64,000 nt of DNA from Microbotryum violaceum. Taxonomy: Eukaryota. The stretch spans positions 868,001 to 932,000 of the forward strand of contig LN717261.1 of assembly GCA_001244265.2 (NCBI GenBank), in the 5' to 3' direction. Each line of letters starts with the position of its first letter. The first letter of the stretch is position 1. The position numbers and the translations under genes are program-made. Positions 54,801 through 64,000 of the stretch are shown piece after piece. Below the pieces are notes generated by a model. That model saw only the letters and a list, made by a program, of their open reading frames with translations, was not told the origin of the DNA and searched no databases.

Positions 54801-55242
54801 AGTCTGTGGATTATGGCGATGAGGATGATGACATGATGAAAGTGTTTGTGTCAACGCGACTGCGAGCCGACGGCCGGGCGTGGGTCCGAGTGCCGCAAAG
54901 AGTCGCTACCACCCAGGTTGGCCGGGAACCATGACGTTGTTAGCACCCACCATTCTCCATGACTTGTTCCAAGTCCCTCGACTGCACGGACATGGTGTTC
55001 ACTGTCGAGGGGCGTGTTGTGCCCGGGATTGTCAAATGGGCAAACGAAAGAGAGGGTGGGGCTCCGCAAAGGCGCCAGGGCCGCTCCAGCTGGCTCCTCT
55101 TGCCTCCTCTCTCACAACCGGTCGGTCTCAGCCCCCGCCCCCGGGGCACGGCCGGAGCCACCCGCAAGGCGCAGACAAGCTCCGAGGCACCGAGTCGCCC
55201 CTCGGAGGCTAATCGGCCTCGTACGCGATGTTGAGCTTGAGA

Positions 55243-58002
55243 ATACAAGTAAACATTGACGCGCCCCCGGAGGGGGCGACGGGTCCCTGAATCTCTGACG
55301 AAATACATAACATCGACTGACAGCGTCAGCTAATATTACTAAGAACGTGCCATGGATTGGGTATGCAGCATGGCACCAACTCGGGGTTCCCAAGTCAGTT
55401 CGGTTCACATGAAGAGGCGTGTAAATGTGCCAAACATTAATGAACATTGCAGACAACGAGATAGAGCCAGAGCCGGGGTGTAAATGCATAAGTTGAGATC
55501 ACTCGACATCCCCCATGTCACAGTCCGCGTCTGGACGAGTTTGTGTTCGCATGTCAGCGCCGGGAACCCACATCGCGCGTTCACCGAAGTCAGCGGTAAG
55601 AAGTGCTTTCAGCTGACGTTGAGAGATCAGGACTTCCGGGAGCGACTTGGGCGCGAGACGGCCTGGCTACTGCAGTGGGCGTGGTGAATGTGCCACCGCT
55701 GAGAGACATGGGAATCAAGTGACATGGAGTGTCAGTATTCCCCCACAGATCTTTCACAGTGGGAAGAGCGTTACAACCCACAATTAGCTGACTTTTTGTC
55801 GTTAGCCCAAACGGTATATGCTTGGTCAAGAAACTTGTCCTTGATGCGCCCAAGGCTGAGATACCTTGTCATCGCAACGGTGGGTGTAAATTTGCCGGGT
55901 TGACGGTGACAAAAAGGGTGTACATACCGAACGCGTTGACGTATCCGTGGATCTCATTCCTCACGTCGAGCATCTGCCCAGTTGTGCCATGAATTTTATA
56001 TCCGGAAATTTGCAGTTCCGCCAGAATACGGTTGATATGCTTCTCTGCTTTTGTTGTTGCCTTGTACCTTTTCGTGTCCTTGGATTTTTTGATCATTTCG
56101 GACACAACATCCATGTCGATTTCGAGCAGTGCTGCTCCGATTCGAGCCACCTTCTCTTTGGGGACCCGAAAAGCGAGTTGGGGAAACACTTCTCGTCGGC
56201 GGAGCATGTTCGAGACGATGAATGGGAAAGACGGGTCGCATCGAAATCGCTGTCATTAGATCGCCATCAAAGGAGACGGCAGAGTGCGCCGAATTCTTGC
56301 TTTCGTTGGTCAACCACCTGAGCATCTTTTGGATCCGACTCTACTTCACGATCATGGGTCGACCCTTGTCCGGCTCCGTAAGGTTGGAGCTCCCTTCGCA
56401 GAATAAGTCGCAAACACTGTCAGCGAGTTCCTCGACTGGCATGGGCAGTACATCGGTGAACGAAGCGGTGTTCTGGCTGAAGATGAGGGTGTTTTCGCGC
56501 GTAGGTTATTTTTGAGTTTTGTTGGTTTCCGCAACGAGTTAGCTTGTACACGATCTCGTAGGCTCTAGAGTGACGAGGTGCTCAAGTTGACTCGGGTTGG
56601 AGACGCAATCTCGGACATCAGCGGAGGCATGATCCCTGAGTGCGGGATAGAATCCGTTGCTCAACGACCGAAGGGGATTAGTCGGTAGCCCTGTGGTAAG
56701 GAACAGCCGTTTGAAGCAGTCTGGACAGAGTGAGCACTGACGCGTGTTGTTCGTGGGCGAGTACGCGATCTGATCGATTAAAGAGTCGCTCGGTCGATGG
56801 AGACGGCAGGGATGGATGAGAGCGCCCCGTCAAGCTGAAAAATCGAAAGTCGAAGGTCCGTCCGTAGTGTAGAGTTGGTTATTCTCCAAATCCCTGATCC
56901 CTCTTGATGTCGTCTTCAAGCACCCATCGTACGTTATGCCCGAGGACTCTCTCGGAACACACCCGGCAGCAGAAGAGTCGGGAACGAGCGTCGGTGAAGT
57001 AATCATTTCATTCAGTACGGTGCTCGGTTTTGACCTGATCGGATGCTGTCACAAAATGCGATGTCACTATACCGGGATCTTCCGGTTCGGGTTCGAGATG
57101 CAGGGTGGACGTCTGTGCAGCGTTTCTTAAGAGTCAGTCGCGGAGACGTTCTCGCGATTCTTCTGGACTTCCTCGTTCGGTCAGGCTCGAAGCACGTCAA
57201 CAGGTTTGATGCGTATGACTATGCTCTGTGGTCGGAGAAGCAATGACGACGTGGCCGAGTCACGGGACTCGCCGCTTGTTGCCTTCTGAAAACATACCCA
57301 TTTGAACAAGCATTATAGTGGGGATCGCACGACCAAAGGAGCGCTTGCAGGGATAGCTCTTTCGCAAGCGGATTCCTCCTGGAGCATCCTTCCACTGCCG
57401 TGGTGCACCCGGCGAAAAAGCTCCTTCAGGAGATCCATGCTGAAGTTGATGCTGCTGCACACAAGCTGCCCAATACTGCATTTGAAACCCACATCATCGA
57501 GTGCTGACAGTGGACTGTTGCGTAAGAGCGGACCGGAATACACATACTGCGCTTGATCGGTGCAGCGGGAGGATTGGCTGTCACTGAGGTGGACGCGAGG
57601 GTTAACACGTTGGCGAAATTCGAGCGTTGTGCAGTGCAGTGGGCTGACCTCAATGGTGCGGAGGTGTACAAGATCAGAAAGCAGCGACATGACGGCGGTT
57701 GTGTGATAACCTAGAAATGCGAGGAAACTCGGTCCAAGTTAGAACAAGGCAGTACTACATAATGATCGGCGCGCTTAGCCGGGGTCCTCCTATCCGGGGG
57801 AGCATTGTTCAAACCGATCGGCGCTGAAATCGGCCTCTCCTATGGGACTTCAACAGCCACGCGCGTGCGGGGTATTTCGGCCATTTCGTCCAATAAAATC
57901 TCAAAATAGCATCATTTTCGAGGCTGGGACCCCCCCCATTTTTCGAAACGAAACCTTCAGCTCTAACAAGCTTCAGGGATAGTTGTGTGACAAGGGTGGA
58001 AA
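55243..58002 (-). mobile_element. Helitron/Helentron remnant
   Basis: Rep N-terminal motif GTTGQMLDVRNEIHG..LFVTVNPAN (55869-56207). GC hairpin at 55262-55278 near the 3' end. Subterminal IR TCCCTGAA (55284) and TTCAGGGA (57972). Confidence 0.6.
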
Positions 58003-58004
58003 CC

Positions 58005-58287
58005 CACTGTACAATGATCAGCCCTGTAGACCGAAGTACTATCTGCGACCGAACGCGACTCTTGGGCGGACAACCATGGCTTCCGTATGGCAGCAGATTT
58101 ATTCTACCGTAGTGCGACCTCATCGAGCCCGTACGGCATCCCTGCGTGTGCCATATGGCCCGTCCTTATAGAGCCATAGAACGATCCCTATCGCTCACAT
58201 ATGGCTGCACGCTGGCCGCCATAGGGCTCCCCAACCCCGATGCCTGAAGGATTTTCCCGATGGCCGCCGTATGAAAGCACTACAGTG
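58005..58287. mobile_element. CACTG-type MITE with 3-bp TSD ACC
   Basis: CACTGTA...TACAGTG flanked by ACC on both sides; internal CGTATGG/CATATGG repeats. Confidence 0.6.
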
Positions 58288-60045
58288 ACCATATGCGCGC
58301 GCTAGGGGGAAATCCTTATGGCCTCGCCGTAGGTAGGCGCTAGGGAAGCCCTACGGAGGCCTTAGGGATCTCATTCTTATCGAGGCATTACAAAATGCCT
58401 TATGGAATCCCGAAACTTGCCCTACGGGCCTCATAGGACAAAAGCTGCCTTATGCCCTCCATAATTTTCGCGCGCGCATGTGTACGGCGCACTTACGGCG
58501 CGCTTACGGCGCGCTTGCGGCGCGCTTAAGACTCCTCGCGCGCTTTGTTTGCATACGCAAAGCGGTCCGTAAGCCCTCTGTTGGTCTTGACAAAAAGCGG
58601 CCTCGTCCCTACCGAAGCGTACAACAAGAATCTCCCGTTCCGCCACAACCTGCTTTCAAACATTCCGGCTCTGTTGGTGCAGGGTCGTAGTGATCTCTTC
58701 CGACACGTGAGCAGATGCCTCGCGTCTTGTGGTCTCCGAGCAGTCCTGACAAAATTGTAACTCTTCCCAGATCCATAAAGCTCAAAAGGACAAAGCTAAT
58801 CTAGGCCGTACCATCAATCAATGGTACAAAGGCCAACAGGTTGCCGTCACGGAAGGGCACGTGACCTGGTGGAGTATACTGGTGCATATTTATGAAGAGC
58901 CCGCCTCCACCCTCGATCCTGACCTGCGCTTGTAATCACCATACCAGTGGCAGGCGATGAAGGCGCCGAACGTTTCGAACCCCAGCGATTCCAAGGCCAA
59001 CAGCTTCGCAAACAAGCTCAAGCGTTATGGTGACAGCCTCGCCGCAGACACGGCGACAACACACCTCACGGGAAGCTACAAGAGGAATGGAAGATTTGAC
59101 CATCAAGCGTGAGCTTTATGCTTCATATGCTGACACTTGGTGACTTTTTTGGCGCGTACAAGGTTTCTCTTCGACATGGTCACGGCAAAGATGAAGCAGC
59201 ATTCCGGCATCCGGACGGCTTCCCAAGACACACTCAGCGGTCACGCGCTACAAGCCGTCTGCTCTGAAGTCGCCGAGGATCCGGTGAACAACCTCAGCTT
59301 TGCCAGCTGAGTAGCCGTGAGTGGCGCCCTCACTCGACCACATGTCGAACTTGGACTGACAAACGATCCCCCGGATCGAACCCAGGACGCAGTCCAGGAG
59401 ATGGGTTCCAGTTTGGGAACAGCGAGGAAGAAGAAGAGGACGGAAGACCACCAAAGATGAGGAGCAGATCGAGGACGGGCAACCCTAAGCAACGCGCTAT
59501 CGAATAAGCTCTCTGGAGCATTCGACATGTGCAAGGGACTCGGGCGCGACTTGGGGTGGAGTTGGGGTGGACCATGGGTGGGGCTTTCTGAGACATGTAA
59601 CGGGGTTTTTTAGACTTGTATCAACATGTTTTTAGTGTTTGCAATGAGTGTTGCTTCGTGTGATAAGTCTACAGGAGCCAGAAGAGAGCAATATGTACCT
59701 ACAGCACCTGGTCCAGCATTTACTACAGCGTCCACCTGGTCTCCTTATTGATGCCCTACGTGTACCACATTGCGTCCATGCTTCTACATTAGCGCCACCC
59801 TATCGTCCCACTATGGCTTCCTTCGGGAGTCTATATCAAGCCGACCTATGGCTGCCGTATGGCTCGCACGTATTCATGCCTTATGGGCTGGCCATATATG
59901 GGCCTCGACTCTTTTGTAGAAGCGCGGCTAGGTAGCGGGGTATAAGTCGAGTTGCATTATCAGGCATGAAACCCGGCATCCCGTAATGTGTATTGTTGTT
60001 GATGATCGGGAGATGGAAGATACGGGGTTTATACCGAGCTCACAT

Positions 60046-60336
60046 CAGCAAAATGGCCACGCGCGCGAACCCGCTTAAGGATTCGCCCGAGATTACGCGC
60101 GCTTAACGGTGCATAAGATGTGCATAAGGACGCATACGCGCATAAGAGCGCTTACGGACCGCTTTGCGTATGCAAACAAAGCGCGCGAGGAGTCTTAAGC
60201 GCGCCGTAAGAGTCCTTTATCTAGGGTACACTTAAGCGACACTTAACGCGCGCGCAGCTTAACGAGTGGTTAAGGGCGCTTAAGAGCAGCTTTAGGCCGC
60301 TTAACAACTGCTTTACGAGGTTTGGCCATTTTGCTG
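60046..60336. mobile_element. MITE with 14-bp TIR CAGCAAAATGGCCA and 2-bp TSD AT
   Basis: Perfect TIR, many GCTTAA subterminal repeats; the left half matches 50361-50530. Confidence 0.85.
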
Positions 60337-60399
60337 ATGCAGGAGGGCTTGCTGCAGTTGAGGGGAGACCCGAACGTAATCCTCCCAAGCAGAGGAGCG

Positions 60400-61330
60400 C
60401 CAGCAACCAAGTCGTTTGATGAATCAATCCACTGCCGTAGTGCGCGAGCATAGTCTGAACGGGTTTTAGGTTTGAGTGCATCGAGGGCGGTTTCGTCGAG
60501 CAGGCAACAAAGTTCGCCAAGTGGAAGCATGGGCTGCGCTCAACGGCCATGCTCCAGGAGAGGACGGGGCACAAAAGTGAGAATCCGTCCATCCTCGCGT
60601 CTGATAGCGATCATAGCAACGTGCCCTCCAGTCCTGGAATGAAGGGGTCGAATTGCTTGAGGGGATGGAAGCGTTTGAGGAGCTTGTCTTTGTGCAGCCG
60701 AGAGAGGTCATCCGCCAGAGTGTTCTCTTTGCCATGGATGTGAATGACTTTGAGATCGAATTTGCAAAGACGTGCAAGGACGTAGGCCCGAAGGGTGAGA
60801 GTGCAAAGGGGCATGTACTCTCCGTCTCTGGCCAAGCCCGAGTTGATTGCGTAGACCGCCGGCGCCAAGTCCATTCGTATGAGCACTCGGGAAAGCGGCT
60901 TGAAAGGGCTATTGGGGTCCGTAACAATGGACAAGGCGAGCACTACCGTCAAGGTCTCGGCGAATTGTATTCGTTTGTAGGTTTGTTGCGGCCTGCAGTA
61001 GTAGTGATGCACGGTGCCCTTCCACCGAAGCCAGAAGCCCAAGCCCGCTCCCGAACCAGTATTGTTGCTGAGACATGCGTCGGTGTAAACAACGACATTG
61101 GCGTCCTTGAGACCCCACTGTGTCAGGCTAGGGGCGTCGAGGGGAAGTGAGAGCGATCCTACAAGCAGTGTAGCCATTGCTGCAAGCGCCGTTGCCACTG
61201 AGGTGTTGATGTGTACGCCCGCATCCGAGCAGTTCTTCCCAGCTATCTTGCCGTAGAGCGGAGTCAAGTACGGACGGGCCTGGGGTGCAACGTTGAGCGC
61301 TGAGCGCCCAGCTCAGCCAGCCCGTCATTT
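60400..61330 (-). pseudogene. DIRS-like (tyrosine-recombinase retrotransposon) RNase H plus the start of the recombinase
   Basis: YTDAC..GLG..IQFAETL..IHIHGKENTLADDLSR, followed by LKPKTRSDYARALRQW. Confidence 0.8.
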
Positions 61331-61689
61331 GGCGCCATTTACGAAGCGTTGGGTGATGTGTGAGGCCCGAGCGGCCTTGCAAGTCAGGAGGCGCCCCTCC
61401 GAAATGAATCGAAGCCGAGCCGCGGCAAGCAGGCGGCTCACCAAGACCCCAAGACCTTGAGCAATGATCGCAAAGCCAGACAAAAAGCCGCTTCTCAAGC
61501 TGCTTACACACCACGCAGAGGCGTGTTCATTGAACCCCCCTCAGATGACGACTCATCATCATTGTCCTCGGAAGAAAGCGAGTCGGACTACGACCATCAT
61601 GATGACAATTGCGAAGGAGCAAACAAAAGGCGCGCAAACCGCGCGACCCCAATTCATCAGACAGCGAGTCGTTGTCAGATGACAAACCC

Positions 61690-61926
61690 CGAAGATCCCG
61701 TCGGGAAGGAGCATTGAGATTGCGAAGGCATGCTCGTGACCATTACGAGTCATCTGATCGCTATGAGCAAGAAGAACGTGCCCCGCGTCCGAAAATCGAG
61801 ACTTCAATGAAGTACAGCGGATCAGACAATCACCCAATTACCTTGAGAAACTGGACACGCGATGTCAAATCATTTTTGTACACAATGCGGATTGATCCCG
61901 AGACGTACGCTGCCATTCCAAGTTAG
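61690..61926 (+). pseudogene. Gag-like fragment
   Basis: KYSGSDNHPITLRNWTRDVKSF resembles a capsid N-terminus. Confidence 0.4.
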
Positions 61927-62199
61927 ATATTGGGCTGATCCAATGCAGAGCCAAACGTCAGAGTTAATCATTAGACACAATGAGAGATGAATACGGTAGT
62001 ACACACCTGATCTGATGCAGAGCCAAACATGAGGAAAAGACCCAGTCTGGCGCCCGCGGGATCAGGCTGTAAGGCAAGTTTGCCTTACACACCTTATGTG
62101 GCACCCGATATTTGAATTACATCAATTCAAATTGCTTTACTTTTGGATCAGGCGTTAGGGTGCCACGCTTGCCTTTCACAGGCCTATCAAATTCCATTC

Positions 62200-64000
62200 A
62201 CTCACGCATACGCCACACAGACCTCCTCGACCTCTTGCCTCTCCTTCCAACTTGCCCCTTCACGCGATGCATCTGCCAAACCCATTGCGTGTACAAAATC
62301 CCAGTGTTTCCTCGACCCGAGCCCCTTTGTCAGGACGTCCGTGGCCATTGTGTTTAATGGGATCCAGACCATCTCAATTGTACCTTCGGCAATGTGGTCC
62401 TGGATGAAGTGGAAGTGAATCCCAATGTGTTTTGTGCGAGCATGGAAAGCAGGGTGTTTCACAAGCCAAATCGCCAATTGATTGTCACCATGGAGTCTTG
62501 TCGGCTCCGTCTGAGGGAAGCCCAGTTCGGATAGGAGGCGGCAAAGCAAGATCCCTTTGCGGGTGGCAAACGACATAGCGACATACTTGTCTTTGGTGCT
62601 GGAGACGGTGACAAGTGCCTGTCGCTTGGACATCCACGAGATCGCTCTCGAGCCTCACTGATTCCGAGTTCAAACAGAAAGGATCAAACGGTGTAATCGC
62701 AGGCGAAGATAAACTACTCAAAAGACTAAGGTCAAGAGGCGCCCATGGCGCCGCGCGCAGGGTGGCTTGAGGCGGTTGTGAGGCGCTAGTGGAGCCGCGC
62801 CTTACAAGGAATAGGAGCTTGCCAACAATCACGCGGTAAGGCTTTGTTGAGGCATCAAAAGTCGAGTCTTTACAAGAGTGAGACTTGTAGAGCATTATTG
62901 GGGTGAGCCTTGGATTGCAACCCACCATGTTGTGGTCCTTGAGGCTCAACGAGATGAAGTGAGGTTGATGAACAATGGCCACTCCCGTTTTGCCGTCCCT
63001 CATGATCCGTTGGCCAAGGAAGAAGGTTGCCTTGTCCAAGCTTTTTGCTTCGAATCGAGACTTGAGTTGTTGAATGAAACCATCGAGGTTGCCATCACCG
63101 GTGAGGAGGCTGTCGTTGACGTGGATTGAGAGGAAGAGCTTGCACACCCCTTCAGTTTTGACAAGCACAGTGTGGTCACTCTCGGTTTGGACAAATCCAA
63201 CCAATTTGATCCATCCCGCAAAGACTTTGTACCACTCTCGACCTGCTTGGCATGTCCGGCAGCCGCATGTGGACAACGACGTCACCCATCTCCCCATTGA
63301 GGTATGCTGAAGAGATGTTGAATTGGCGTGTTTCCCATTTGTTCTCGACAGCTAAACCGAGCAGAAGTCGGTGTGAAGCTGCGCGACCGGTAGGTGAGAA
63401 CAGTTCTTTGTAGTTGCGCCCGTCCTTTTGCATGTTGCCGCAAGCAACAAGACGAGCCTTGTACTTTTAAATACACCCTTCACTGTTGCGCTTGATAGCA
63501 AGAACCCACTTGCTGCTGATGATTGGTGTGCCCGGAGAGAGGTGGAAGAGCGGGGGAGAGAACGTCCCCTTCGCTGCGAGCGCAGCCTTTTTGGTCTTGG
63601 TTGCCAGCAACCACATCCCCTGTTCTTTGCTTGACATCGCCTCCCAATAGGTCGGAGCGTCAGGATTTGGCCGGGCAGTGAAGGCCCATTGGAAGTCAAT
63701 GATCTTGACCGCATGTGCTTTGTCGGCGCCAAATTTGGTGACAGCTGTCGCTGCCATTGCAAACTCGCCAAAACGTGCCGGGGGTCCGCGGTTACGAGTT
63801 GACCAATCACCAACTGGCTCTGACCAGGCCGGTCCCGGATTATTGAAGCCGAGCCCAGGTGGGGGCAGTGGAAAAGGAGGGGCGGGCGCGTAGGGAGGAG
63901 CCAACGCCAATGAATTCACCGGGGGAGCCAATTTGTTGTCGTCAATGTCGTCATCGAGATATGCAGAGGTGGTTGAAACCCCATCATGGATCATACTGTT
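62200..64000 (-). mobile_element. Degenerate Ty1/Copia RT-RNase H, continuing beyond the window
   Basis: PTYWEAM, ISSKWV, KARLV, FNISSAYLNG, HVND, SKRQ, HARTKHIGIHFHFI, DVLTKGL; multiple frameshifts. Confidence 0.9.

Larger units (their letters stand above)
50361..58580 (-). mobile_element. Large CACTA/CMC-like DNA transposon remnant with long repeat-rich inverted ends and nested insertions
   Basis: 50470-50671 plus 51107-51140 is the reverse complement of 58350-58580. The CAGCAAATGGCCA terminus is shared with the MITE at 60046. The interior holds decayed ORFs. Confidence 0.6.

Noticed and set aside
58790-59520. Possible small intron-containing gene between transposon ends
   Set aside because: Interrupted by stops and has no recognisable domain.

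Overview
GC-rich, intron-bearing fungal nuclear DNA. It is probably a Pucciniomycotina basidiomycete; this is inferred from TGA=Trp in a captured mitochondrial cob fragment, CGA>CAA hypermutation and the gene content. The window is a nested transposon field around a small island of host genes. 1-15.1 kb is a head-to-tail array of L1/Tx1-like LINEs: one 3' end plus two full-length copies with microsatellite 5' ends and TAATG-coupled ORFs. One of them carries a mitochondrial cytochrome b insert in its 5'UTR. 15-28 kb holds Copia, chromoviral Gypsy, MULE and Helitron remnants, solo LTRs and a ~0.5 kb A/T run. 28.6-43.8 kb holds host genes: a hypothetical protein, a single-pass membrane protein, an otubain, a broken FunK1-type kinase and NUDCD1. 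It also holds a tRNA-like gene with TTA at the anticodon position, and most of this block lies between ~290-bp inverted repeats. 44-64 kb holds a TIR element containing a solo LTR with a young gag-only LTR retroelement inside it, a large CACTA/CMC-like remnant with a Ulp1-type protease and a Helitron/Helentron, MITEs, and DIRS-like and Copia remnants. All calls come from reading motifs by eye; no database search was run.
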